This document shows positions 1-8,841 of a stretch of 39,243 nucleotides of DNA, in pieces. Source of the DNA: Candidatus Bathyarchaeia archaeon (GTDB taxonomy: Archaea > Thermoproteota > Bathyarchaeia > Bathyarchaeales > Bathycorpusculaceae). The stretch spans positions 1 to 39,243 of the forward strand of contig JBMFMB010000015.1 in NCBI GenBank assembly GCA_049970895.1, written 5' to 3'. The position numbers and the translations under genes are program-made. Under the pieces are notes generated by a model. The model was given only the letters and a program-made list of their open reading frames with translations, searched no databases and was not told the origin of the DNA. Every line of letters starts with the position of its first letter. Position 1 is the first letter of the stretch.

Positions 1-792
1 CTTACAGTGGTTAGGGTTGAGAAAGCTTCGTCGTTGGCACTTCAAGTTAGCATAAACGGTGTGCCTTCAAACTCTGCTGAAGTTTCAAGGTATCTGCTGA
101 ACATGTTCACGTCAAGTTTTAAAGATTTAGGGAGCTTCAAAATTCTTGTGGAGCATTATGTTGATGCTCCCATCGGCGCTGGTTTTGGGACGAGTGGCGC
201 TGCAGCCTTAAGTCTTGCTTTGGCTTTAAACGAAGCCTTTAATTTGGGCATGTCCAATATGGAGGCAGCTCAATATGCGCATGTGGCTGAGGTTGAATGT
301 AAAACTGGACTTGGCACTGTGGCGGCTGAGGCTTTCGGCGGAGTTGAGGTAAGGGTTAGGGCTGGCGCCCCCGGCATAGGCGAAATAATACCAATCACTG
401 TTGCAAGGGATATCTTTGTTGTGTGTTTAACTTTTGGAGCATTGCCCACCAGAGACCTTTTGTCAAATTATGAGGTTCGCAAGCGCGTAAACGTTTTCGG
501 CGGAGAACTTGTGGATAAGATAGTTAAGGCTCCAACCGTTTCGAACCTCATGAAGTTTTCACGTTACTTCGCCGATCATGTTGGGCTGGTGAGCAGTAGG
601 GTGAGGAAAATATTTGAAGCTGGAGATAAGGCCGGGATCGTTGTGAGCATGCCCATGTTCGGCGAAGGCGCATTCACAATATGCGATAGAGATTCACTTG
701 AAGATGTTTTGGCATTATTCCGCAAATTCAAGTCTCAAGGTCGCATTATCATTAGTGAAGTTGATTTTGAAGGAGCGAGGGTGATGGAGTGA
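1..792 (+). CDS. pok: Pantoate kinase (GHMP kinase family), 5'-truncated by window edge
   Basis: GHMP motif PIGAGFGTSGA and AEVECKTGLGTV; frame is open from base 1; directly upstream of phosphopantothenate synthetase. Confidence 0.88.
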   Translation, partial: LTVVRVEKASSLALQVSINGVPSNSAEVSRYLLNMFTSSFKDLGSFKILVEHYVDAPIGAGFGTSGAAALSLALALNEAFNLGMSNMEAAQYAHVAEVECKTGLGTVAAEAFGGVEVRVRAGAPGIGEIIPITVARDIFVVCLTFGALPTRDLLSNYEVRKRVNVFGGELVDKIVKAPTVSNLMKFSRYFADHVGLVSSRVRKIFEAGDKAGIVVSMPMFGEGAFTICDRDSLEDVLALFRKFKSQGRIIISEVDFEGARVME

Positions 793-1595
793 GGCGGGCT
801 GAAATTCCATTTAACCACCCGAGGGCCAGATCCCTGCAAATAAGGGAGAAGCTTGTGGAATATTATAGGCGGGGAGTTGTAGCCTTAGAGGGTCTTATCG
901 CTCATGGGAGGGGGGAGGCATTCGACTACCTGTTGGGCGAAAAAACTATTGATAGCGCGTTGAAGGCTATTAGAGCGGCGGCTGCAACCATGCTTTTAGC
1001 TAGGCATCCGGTAATATCCGTTAACGGTAATGTGGCCGCCCTCGCAGCTGAGGATGTTGTGAATTTGGCGAAGCTAACAGGGGCGAAGATTGAAGTCAAC
1101 CTTTTCTATAGGTCTCTGAAGAGGGAATTAGCAATTAAACAGGTTTTAGAGAAGGCTGGGGCTGATGAAGTGTTAGGGGTCGGGGAGGCAGCATCCGCGC
1201 AGATACCTGAAATTTGCAGCAAACGTAGGCATGTTGATCCAAGGGGCATATTAGCTGCGGACGTTGTGCTTGTTCCCTTGGAAGACGGCGATAGAACAGA
1301 AGCTCTGCGGAAAATGGGTAAAACAGTAATCGCAATTGATTTGAACCCGCTTTCGCGAACCGCCCAGCGGGCTTCAATCACCATAGTTGACAACGTGGTG
1401 AGGGCGCTTCCCCTCCTAGCAAAAAATGTGGCAGAGTTGAAGAATGAGAAAAATGAAACCCTTCAAAGGATTGTTTCTGAATTTAATAACATAGAGGTTT
1501 TAGCTGAGGTTATCGGAACCATCCTGAAACGCCTTTCAGAACTTGCGGAAAAAGGCGTAAACATTACGGAGGCAGCTGAGATCCACCGTGGGTGA
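789..1595 (+). CDS. pps: 4-phosphopantoate--beta-alanine ligase (phosphopantothenate synthetase)
   Basis: HPRA.SL, GLIAHGRGEAFDYLLGEKT, VPLEDGDRTEAL and IDLNPLSRT motifs; CoA operon context. Confidence 0.95.
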   Translation: MRRAEIPFNHPRARSLQIREKLVEYYRRGVVALEGLIAHGRGEAFDYLLGEKTIDSALKAIRAAAATMLLARHPVISVNGNVAALAAEDVVNLAKLTGAKIEVNLFYRSLKRELAIKQVLEKAGADEVLGVGEAASAQIPEICSKRRHVDPRGILAADVVLVPLEDGDRTEALRKMGKTVIAIDLNPLSRTAQRASITIVDNVVRALPLLAKNVAELKNEKNETLQRIVSEFNNIEVLAEVIGTILKRLSELAEKGVNITEAAEIHRG

Positions 1596-1602
1596 GGGTT
1601 AA

Positions 1603-2220
1603 ATGATGCAGAAGTCCAGGATTAAGAGGTCTAAGGTTGTCGCTATAACCGCGATTTTTGGAGCCTTAGCCATATTTTGCACTCAGCTTTGGATTCCTCT
1701 GTTTTTTGGCAACCCAAACTTGGGCTCCACCCCTGTGACGGTTGCAGGGGTCCTGTGCCCAATGCCCATTGGAATAGTCGTAGGGATAATTAAGGGGATA
1801 GGAGCTTCTCTTTGGACTGGGCAGCCATTTATTGAGATCCCTGCAGGCGTCGGAGACGCTTTGATGGCGGCTTTCGCCAATTACTTGGCAAGGCGCTGGA
1901 AAAAGAGCGTATATGCTGCTATATGTGGGCAGCTGTCACGATACCTTTTCACTTCAGGCATAATAGCCTTATATATCGGGTTGGCCGTCTCCTTCGGCTC
2001 CCAAGGACCTGAAACCAGTGTTTTTCAAGCCCTCCTTAAAAAGTTCCCATGGTTTGTGCAAATAGCATCTTCACTTCCACATCCCATAGCCAACGGGGTA
2101 GTCGTTTGGGCTGCAATTTTGCCAGCTGTAACTTTGTCTATTGCGGCCAACATGTTCATTTCAACCCTTGTGATTGCTGCGGCAGGGAAGAAGCTGGAGG
2201 AATTGTTGAAAATTGGATGA
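1603..2220 (+). CDS. ECF transporter S-component-like membrane protein
   Basis: ~205 aa with ~5-6 hydrophobic segments and N-terminal (K)VVAITAIFGALA pattern typical of S components; embedded in CoA operon. Confidence 0.6.
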   Translation: MMQKSRIKRSKVVAITAIFGALAIFCTQLWIPLFFGNPNLGSTPVTVAGVLCPMPIGIVVGIIKGIGASLWTGQPFIEIPAGVGDALMAAFANYLARRWKKSVYAAICGQLSRYLFTSGIIALYIGLAVSFGSQGPETSVFQALLKKFPWFVQIASSLPHPIANGVVVWAAILPAVTLSIAANMFISTLVIAAAGKKLEELLKIG

Positions 2221-3385
2221 AAAGGGGCTTCCTAAAAGCACCGTTCTGAAGGAGCTTGAAACGAGGCTTAAAAGGGACTTAACTTATGATTCTGGTAAAA
2301 TTTTAGGTTCAATGTGCACTAAACCCTACGGCCTGGCCAGGCGGGTTTACATAAGATATCTTGATAGGAACCTTGGAGATCCGGGACTGTTTCCGGCAAC
2401 CTCAGAGTTGGAGAGGGAGGCTGTGAAAATGTTGGGGTCGTTGCTGTCAAACCCTGAAGCTTACGGGCACATCGTTTCAGGAGGAACTGAGGCGAACATC
2501 CTCGCCCTCTGGGCTGCCCGCAACCTCGCTGGTGGAAGACGCCGTGAAGTAATAGTTCCCATTTCAGCGCACATATCGTTTGACAAAGCCGCTGACATGT
2601 TAGGCCTTAAATTGGTTAAAGTAAGGCTTAACGAGCATTTTCAAGTGGACGTCAACGCGGTTAAGAATGCTATTACCGCGAAAACTGTGGCGATTGTGGG
2701 AATAGCTGGTACAACAGGCCTAGGGATTGTGGATCCCATACATGAGCTTTCAGAGATCGCTGAAGCCCACGAGATTTACCTCCACGTTGACGCAGCCTTC
2801 GGGGGTTTCGTACTTCCATTCCTTAAAGAAATGGGTTTCAAAGTCCCGGACTTTGACTTTAGGCTGCCAGGCGTCTCCTCAATCACTGTAGACCCCCATA
2901 AGATGGGCTTGGCCCCCATACCGGCTGGGGGAATACTATTCAGGGATAAACGTGCCGTGGAAGCCATCAGTAAAAGAGTCCCTTATTTAGCTGGAGGAGA
3001 AGCGGAACAGGCTACCCTCACTGGATCCAGGTCGGGGGCTTCAGCGATAGCTGTGTGGGCCCTGCTGAAACACCTAGGAAAGGAAGGTTACATGGCCATA
3101 GTTAAAAGATGCATGGATCTGACATGGAAGTTTTATGGGGAAGTCTGTCGAATTGATGGTTTAAAGCCTGTAACTAAACCAGTAATGAACATTGTTGGAG
3201 TGAAATCCGACGTTGCAGATATAAGATTTATAGCCGGAGAGTTGAGAAAAAGGGGTTGGGCCGTCTCCCTTTTTAACGGGTATATGCGGGTCGTAATCAT
3301 GCCGCACACTAAGCCTTCCCATTTAAAATGTTTTCTTAAAGATTTAAGTGAGGTTTTGATAAAATTTAAGGGAGGCACATTTTGA
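2213..3385 (+). CDS. mfnA: PLP-dependent L-aspartate/L-tyrosine decarboxylase (MfnA family)
   Basis: ILGSMCT, NLGDPGLFP, SGGTEAN, HVDAAFGG and DPHKMG (PLP lysine) motifs. Confidence 0.93.
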   Translation: MDEKGLPKSTVLKELETRLKRDLTYDSGKILGSMCTKPYGLARRVYIRYLDRNLGDPGLFPATSELEREAVKMLGSLLSNPEAYGHIVSGGTEANILALWAARNLAGGRRREVIVPISAHISFDKAADMLGLKLVKVRLNEHFQVDVNAVKNAITAKTVAIVGIAGTTGLGIVDPIHELSEIAEAHEIYLHVDAAFGGFVLPFLKEMGFKVPDFDFRLPGVSSITVDPHKMGLAPIPAGGILFRDKRAVEAISKRVPYLAGGEAEQATLTGSRSGASAIAVWALLKHLGKEGYMAIVKRCMDLTWKFYGEVCRIDGLKPVTKPVMNIVGVKSDVADIRFIAGELRKRGWAVSLFNGYMRVVIMPHTKPSHLKCFLKDLSEVLIKFKGGTF

Positions 3386-4626
3386 ACCGCCACCCGTCCA
3401 AAGATATTGTCGGTAGAAGGGGAAGCGAACTGAAAGGAAGGAAAATTGTTTTATGTATAACTGGAAGCGTGGCCGCTGTTAAATCGCCGGAAATTGCTAG
3501 GGAACTGATGCGTCACGGCGCTGAAGTCTATGCTGTGATGACGGAGGCCGCGCAGAAAATCATACACCCTAACCTCATGGAATGGGCTACAGGTAACCCT
3601 GTGATAACGGAGTTAACTGGGAAGATTGAGCATGTAGCTTTGGCAGGCAACCATCAGGAGAAAGCTGATTTAGTTTTGGTGGCGCCAGCCACCGCAAACA
3701 CAATAAGCAAAATCGCCTCCGGAATAGACGACACGCCCGTCACCTCCTTTGTCTCAGCAGCATTCGGATCAAAGATCCCGATAATAATTGTTCCTGCAAT
3801 GCATGAGTCCATGTATAGGCACCCAATAGTAGCTGCAAACATTGAGAAGCTGAAATCGTTTGGAGTTGAGTTTGTGGGTCCAAAGATTGAAGAGGGTAAG
3901 GCAAAAATCGCCGACGTAGAGGATGTTGTAAGCGCCGTAATCAGAAAAATAGCGTATTTAAAGGACTTGCTTGGAAAGAAGATCCTCATCACCGCTGGGC
4001 CGACATTGGAGTACATAGACCCAGTTAGGGTTTTAACAAACAAGAGTTCAGGAAAAATGGGGGTAGCCATCGCTGAGGAGGCCCTGTATAGGGGTGCTGA
4101 GGTAACACTCATTTATGGAAGAGGAACAGTTCCTCCACCAGCTGGAGTAAGGGTGATTAACGTGGAGACCACTAAAGAAATGTATGACGCCGTTGTGGAG
4201 GAGCTGCAAACGCAAAAATATGATGCAGTTATAGCGTGTGGAGCGCCTGCTGACTTCACCCTTGAGAAGCCTTTTGAATCCAAAATACCAACCCTAACTA
4301 CCCCTGAGCTAACTTTAAAGTTGAAGTCGACGCCAAAGATTATTGAAGCGGTGAAACAGATAAGCCCAAACACTTTTCTTGTAGCTTTTAAGGCGGAGTA
4401 CAGGATGTCAAATGAGGAGATCATTGAAAGCGCCTATAAAACGTTGAAAGCTTCGAATGCAGACTTAATTGTTGCCAACGATGTTGGCAGGCGAGGCGCA
4501 GGTTTTGGCGCGGACACAAACGAAGTATTCATAATTGATAAAGACAGAAACATTATTCATATACCGTTAACCGCAAAACGAGAAGTTGCAGAGAAACTCT
4601 TAGACAACATAGTCAAAAAACTTTAA
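3382..4626 (+). CDS. coaBC: Bifunctional phosphopantothenoylcysteine decarboxylase/synthetase
   Basis: ITGSVAA, APATANTISK, PAMHESM, TAGPT.EYIDPVR..TNKSSGKMG, FKAE and IVANDV motifs. Confidence 0.96.
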   Translation: MNRHPSKDIVGRRGSELKGRKIVLCITGSVAAVKSPEIARELMRHGAEVYAVMTEAAQKIIHPNLMEWATGNPVITELTGKIEHVALAGNHQEKADLVLVAPATANTISKIASGIDDTPVTSFVSAAFGSKIPIIIVPAMHESMYRHPIVAANIEKLKSFGVEFVGPKIEEGKAKIADVEDVVSAVIRKIAYLKDLLGKKILITAGPTLEYIDPVRVLTNKSSGKMGVAIAEEALYRGAEVTLIYGRGTVPPPAGVRVINVETTKEMYDAVVEELQTQKYDAVIACGAPADFTLEKPFESKIPTLTTPELTLKLKSTPKIIEAVKQISPNTFLVAFKAEYRMSNEEIIESAYKTLKASNADLIVANDVGRRGAGFGADTNEVFIIDKDRNIIHIPLTAKREVAEKLLDNIVKKL

Positions 4627-4741
4627 CATCAAGCCTCTTATATCCCTCAGCAAATTTTAAGTGTCAAATTCATCTGCGTGACTGAGAATTGCGCATTCCA
4701 GTTCTTTTAGCTGTTTTGGATAAACTTTCATGGATAGAAAG

Positions 4742-4769
4742 GTAATACTAATTTATAAAAAAGTATTAC
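4742..4769. promoter_or_regulatory. 8-12-8 inverted repeat (GTAATACT/AGTATTAC) enclosing a TATA-like TTTATAAA
   Basis: Perfect 8-bp arms at 4742-4749 and 4762-4769; function inferred. Confidence 0.4.
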
Positions 4770-4770
4770 A

Positions 4771-5001
4771 GTGCGAGATGATGAAATTATAGAAAAAGCT
4801 TATCAAATATTGAAAGCCATAAACGCGGATCTAATCGTTGCCAACGATATGCCAGTAGACAGGGAGTAGGCTTCGAAACAAATACTAATGAAGTGTTCAT
4901 AATCGATAAAAACAAAAAGGTCTCCACATACCATTAACCACAAAACGTGAAGTGGCAAAGAAACTTATAAATGATGAGATTATTAAAAACATTAACATCA
5001 A
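4771..5001 (+). pseudogene. Diverged, frameshifted second copy of the coaBC 3' end
   Basis: Reads DEIIEKAYQILKAINADLIVAND / GVGFETNTNEVFIIDKNKK / HIPLTTKREVAKKL versus coaBC NEEIIESAYKTLKASNADLIVAND..GAGFGADTNEVFIIDKDRN..HIPLTAKREVAEKL. Confidence 0.85.
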
Positions 5002-5120
5002 TCGAAATACTTGCGCATAAAACCGTGTTTAAGACTTCTCGACATTTTCCTCGAAGCTTAAAATATTATAAACATTCGCCTCTCACAAAAATTTAAAGCA
5101 TAGCTCCAAAATGGCTTAAG

Positions 5121-5320
5121 GACGTGGCAACTTAAGTGGACAAAATGGTGACAATTCCTCTTTTGGGGGCTTGGGCAGTTTTAGACTTCTTTAAGCGTTT
5201 TTAGACGATATACTGGTTAGAGGGTTCCGCTTTAGAGCTTTGTTTCCGCTTAAAACGACCTCCAATTTATTAAAAGGAGATAAAATAAACCGAGAAAGCT
5301 CAGCTTAAGTTGCCACGTCT
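5121..5320. mobile_element. Non-autonomous MITE-like element (200 bp)
   Basis: Perfect 16-bp inverted repeats GACGTGGCAACTTAAG (5121-5136) / CTTAAGTTGCCACGTC (5304-5319); GCTTAAG direct repeats at 5114-5120 and 5321-5327; no ORF inside. Confidence 0.75.
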
Positions 5321-5360
5321 GCTTAAGCGTCCAGAAATTTTATCTGAATAAAATGCATGG

Positions 5361-6542
5361 ATGCTCATGGTGAACAGGATGGGCGAATATTCTGCACCGC
5401 GATTCTCAGCGGGTTTCCTCGCACTAATATTCGTAGTTGGACTAATGGCTGGTGGGGCAATAACCTCCTACCTAGCAATCTCACAAATAAACAGTTTAAA
5501 AAAGGAGAACTCAAGGCTAAGGGCTCAAGTATCAGTTTTGTGGGGTCTTAAAAACGTTCCATGCCAAAATGTCACTGTTTATCAAAATTTGACAACACTA
5601 TCCCACATATATGAGAAAGTTAAGGATTCCGTGGTGCTAATTCGCGTTAAAATACAAAGCGGGACAGTTCAGGGGTCAGGCTTTATCTACAACTTCACCG
5701 ACAACGCCACCAGCAGAATGGTTGTCATAACAAATTATCATGTTATCCACAATGCAATAAGCATCAGCGTAACATTCCCGGACGGGGAAGCCTACAAAGC
5801 TGAAGTTTTGGGAAAAGATCCATACGCAGACTTAGCCGTACTTGAAGTGATAGATGTTCCAGAAGACAAGTTTAAGCCGCTTATAGTTGTTAGCTCCTCA
5901 ACATTAAAAGTTGGCGACCCGGTTATAGCCATAGGAAACCCCTACGGCCTAATGGGTTCAATGACCACAGGAATAGTGAGCGCCCTCAACAGAACTATCA
6001 CAGAAGAGTACACCGGAGGATTTGCAATAGCAAATATAATCCAAATAAGCGCACCCATAAACCCGGGAAACTCCGGTGGTCCACTCTTAAACTACTGTGG
6101 CAATGTTGTGGGGATAACAACAGCTATAGTTGCGGACTCTCAAGGATTAGGCTTTGCAATTCCATCAGACACGCTGCGAAGAGAAATATACGCACTTGTT
6201 AAGTATGGAAACTACTCGGGACACTCTTATATGGGCATTTATGGACGAGATATGGACTATGAAACAGCACAAAGCATGAAGGTTCCAGTGACTTATGGCT
6301 GGCTAGTAACGGACGTTGTCGAGAATGGTCCCTCTTATAATAGGCTTTACAAATCTGACATCATAGTAGCCTTAAATGGCACACGCGTAAGAAACGGGGA
6401 CGATTTGGCAAGCTACCTTGAGGTAAACACTCTTCCAGGAGACTGCCTAGAAGTAACAGTTTGGCGAAAAATTGACAACTCATGGAAGCAAACAACGGTT
6501 TCCATAACTTTAGACAAGAGACCTTCCCGGCCATCAGTATAA
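5361..6542 (+). CDS. htrA: Membrane-anchored HtrA/DegP-family serine protease with PDZ domain
   Basis: N-terminal TM helix plus coiled coil; triad motifs TNYHV, ADLAVL, NPGNSGGPL; C-terminal PDZ-like region. Confidence 0.92.
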   Translation: MLMVNRMGEYSAPRFSAGFLALIFVVGLMAGGAITSYLAISQINSLKKENSRLRAQVSVLWGLKNVPCQNVTVYQNLTTLSHIYEKVKDSVVLIRVKIQSGTVQGSGFIYNFTDNATSRMVVITNYHVIHNAISISVTFPDGEAYKAEVLGKDPYADLAVLEVIDVPEDKFKPLIVVSSSTLKVGDPVIAIGNPYGLMGSMTTGIVSALNRTITEEYTGGFAIANIIQISAPINPGNSGGPLLNYCGNVVGITTAIVADSQGLGFAIPSDTLRREIYALVKYGNYSGHSYMGIYGRDMDYETAQSMKVPVTYGWLVTDVVENGPSYNRLYKSDIIVALNGTRVRNGDDLASYLEVNTLPGDCLEVTVWRKIDNSWKQTTVSITLDKRPSRPSV

Positions 6543-6573
6543 AGACATAATGCCACTGTTGGCTTAAATTAAG

Positions 6574-7002
6574 CTACCCCAATTCCTTTTCAAGCTGTAA
6601 AGACTTTTTTGTTAATCCATGCTTTTTGTAAAGTCGAATGGCTGGCTCATTATCAAAACCCGTTACCGCATGAATTTCTAAGCGCCCTTTTCCTCGGCTC
6701 TTTCAACGATTTTACGCAGAAGCATGCTTCCGATGCCAAGCTCCCATATTTAGGAGCAACATACAAGTTCTGTATGTAAGTTAACTTTCCACCATGCAAA
6801 AATCATGTATAGTCCATAAGTCTATAAACCCAACAATTTCGCCATCTATCTCGGAAGCCACAACTCGTAATCAGGATTTTAAGAGAACTTTTTAGGATGG
6901 AGAAGCGCTCCTCATCGGTGACAGCTCACGCATAAACTCCCTTGCTAGCAGCATAAGCCTTAAAACGTAATTCTCATTGGCACACTTAATTTTAAAAGCC
7001 AT
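6574..7002 (-). pseudogene. GNAT-family N-acetyltransferase pseudogene
   Basis: Across several frameshifts reads ASEIDGEIVGFIDLW..YIQNLYVAPKY..LGIGSMLLRKIVERAEEKG..EIHAVTGFDNEPAIRLYKKHG. Confidence 0.8.
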
Positions 7003-7070
7003 GGCAAACAAAATTTGGCTGACGAATTAAGATTTTCGCACATGCACTGTTTTGAAGGTTTTAAGAGTGT

Positions 7071-7148
7071 TGGTGGGGCTGCCCGGATTTGAACCGGGGT
7101 CTAGAGAGCCCAAGTCTCCAAGCCTAGACCAAGCTAGCCGACAGCCCC
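7071..7148 (-). tRNA. tRNA-Pro(TGG)
   Basis: Cloverleaf GGGGCTG..CAGCCCC-A-CCA; anticodon loop CT-TGG-GC; T-loop GTTCAAATC; CCA encoded. Confidence 0.95.
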
Positions 7149-7234
7149 GCTTATTATTGTATCTATAGGTAAAATTTTGAAATTAGGAGATTTAAAATGT
7201 TTCTCTGCCTAGAGAATGTTGTTTAAAGCGATTA

Positions 7235-7564
7235 TTAGCGTTTTCTTATGCTGCATTGGAGGACTTTTGGGCACACTAGGCACTCGTCTGGAATTGGCAT
7301 ATCCTTCGGAATAGAGTTCAAGAAGCCAAAGTAGTGGGCGCACTTGGCTGGAGAATCAAGAACTTTTGGATATTCAGCAGCCCTCACGCCAACGATTCGC
7401 ATGTTCTCCACAAGAATGTCTATTTTTGACATACAATAAGGACAAGCATAATAGGTTTGCCTTGGTATGGTTGAGTTGTCTGTTAAGACCGCTGGTTTGC
7501 CAAAAGTTTTCCCGCATCCCTTATAGGGGCATTTGAGCTTTTCCTTGTGATGAAGGAAGCGCAT
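7235..7564 (-). CDS. Small multi-Cys putative zinc-finger protein
   Basis: CPYKGC, CPYC, CAHY and CLVC..LQC motifs; T/A-rich promoter-like region upstream. Confidence 0.7.
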   Translation of the reverse strand: MRFLHHKEKLKCPYKGCGKTFGKPAVLTDNSTIPRQTYYACPYCMSKIDILVENMRIVGVRAAEYPKVLDSPAKCAHYFGFLNSIPKDMPIPDECLVCPKVLQCSIRKR

Positions 7565-7657
7565 GTAATTTTCCTCTCCAGCAGCGAAATTTCAAGTTTA
7601 TCTGTAATATTGATATTTAATAAACATTTCTGCTCACATGCGCAACATAAATACAGA

Positions 7658-8596
7658 TCAAATAAGCCCAAGCAGCTTCATGAAGTCTTCTGGAACGTCA
7701 ACTAAGCCTAGCTTTGGAATCTGTCTAATAACAGAAACTATCTTCGGGTTTATTTCGACAGCCTTTCTGAAGGCTTCAGCAGCCTTATCCAGTCTCTTAG
7801 CTCTAAGATATATAAGCCCTAAATCTAAATAGGCGTCGTCGCATCTTGGGTTAATTTTTAAAGCCTCTTCTATGCGTTGGACCGCCTCCCCCAGCTTTCC
7901 CTGAGTGAACCTTGATTCAGCCTCATCTATCAGGTAATAGGCTTTATAGAGGCTTAACAGCCTTTTAAGTTCGCCCACCGGGTCCGGGTGATCTTCAGCT
8001 CTCAAATCAATAAGCCTATCACCATATCCTCCTCTTCCGCAGCCCTCCTTGACAACGAGCAGCGCCGACGACTGCATGTCCCTTACGTCTCCACCAGCCC
8101 TTTCGCCAGCTTCTAATGCCGCAACAAGTCTTTCAGCGAGGCCTTCTTTTGTGGATTCATAGACCTCCGCCATTGCCTCTACAACTTCCTCGCTTGCCAA
8201 TATGTTTCCCTGAGCAGAGTAGCCCTTCCCAGTTTTGCTTCCAGCCCATTCGAGGCATTTCGCCCCGGTGTATGCCGCGGCATTACCCTTCGCGTCCACA
8301 ACCCCTAACTGCCTGTAATCTCTCCCCTCATCTTCGCTGACAAGCCTTTCAACAACTTCATTGGCTTTAAGCCCCTTCTTCAGTAATTCTAAGCCTTTCG
8401 GCCCATAAGAAATGTTGACGAAGGATTGGGTGGCTATGGCGCCTACACCAGCCTCCGCCCATGGAACGACAGAGCCCACTGAAAAGTATCTTGACTGCAC
8501 AGCAACTCCAAGCTCACGCGTTTCAAAGTCATATGCCACTATAGAATATGTTGGAACTAGATAAGCAAGCTTTGGCTTTAAACTTTGAGCTATCAT
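7658..8596 (-). CDS. DUF1028 (Ntn-hydrolase-like) protein with C-terminal TPR repeats
   Basis: TYSIVAYD..LGVAVQS, GAIATQS, AQGNIL, GGDVR..QSSAL, DLRAEDHPDP motifs, then TPR pattern; start uncertain (ORF open to 8641). Confidence 0.85.
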   Translation of the reverse strand: MIAQSLKPKLAYLVPTYSIVAYDFETRELGVAVQSRYFSVGSVVPWAEAGVGAIATQSFVNISYGPKGLELLKKGLKANEVVERLVSEDEGRDYRQLGVVDAKGNAAAYTGAKCLEWAGSKTGKGYSAQGNILASEEVVEAMAEVYESTKEGLAERLVAALEAGERAGGDVRDMQSSALLVVKEGCGRGGYGDRLIDLRAEDHPDPVGELKRLLSLYKAYYLIDEAESRFTQGKLGEAVQRIEEALKINPRCDDAYLDLGLIYLRAKRLDKAAEAFRKAVEINPKIVSVIRQIPKLGLVDVPEDFMKLLGLI

Positions 8597-8650
8597 GTAA
8601 GAAGGGTATATTTGCATCCAGCTAAATGTTTTTTGCAACAAATTAGTGAG

Positions 8651-8726
8651 TGGAGCCTCGGCCGGGCTTCGATCCCGGGACCTGCGGCTTACGAGGCCGC
8701 TGCTCTACCAGCTGAGCTACCGAGGC
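8651..8726 (-). tRNA. tRNA-Thr(CGT)
   Basis: GCCTCGG/CCGAGGC-T-CCA acceptor; GCGGC-CTCGTAA-GCCGC anticodon arm; atypical T-loop ATCGAAG. Confidence 0.92.
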
Positions 8727-8841
8727 CCACCTGGCTCATTAATATTTTGAGAGCTAGCCTATTTTTAAGATGTTCGGAAAAGAATTTGGGGGAGTGGAAG
8801 TCTATTTTAGGCTCTATGATAAAGCATTGGTGTTGTGTCTT

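Noticed and set aside
4778-4835. C/D-box sRNA starting at ATGATGA
   Set aside because: No CTGA box D at a suitable distance; the sequence is explained by the coaBC relic
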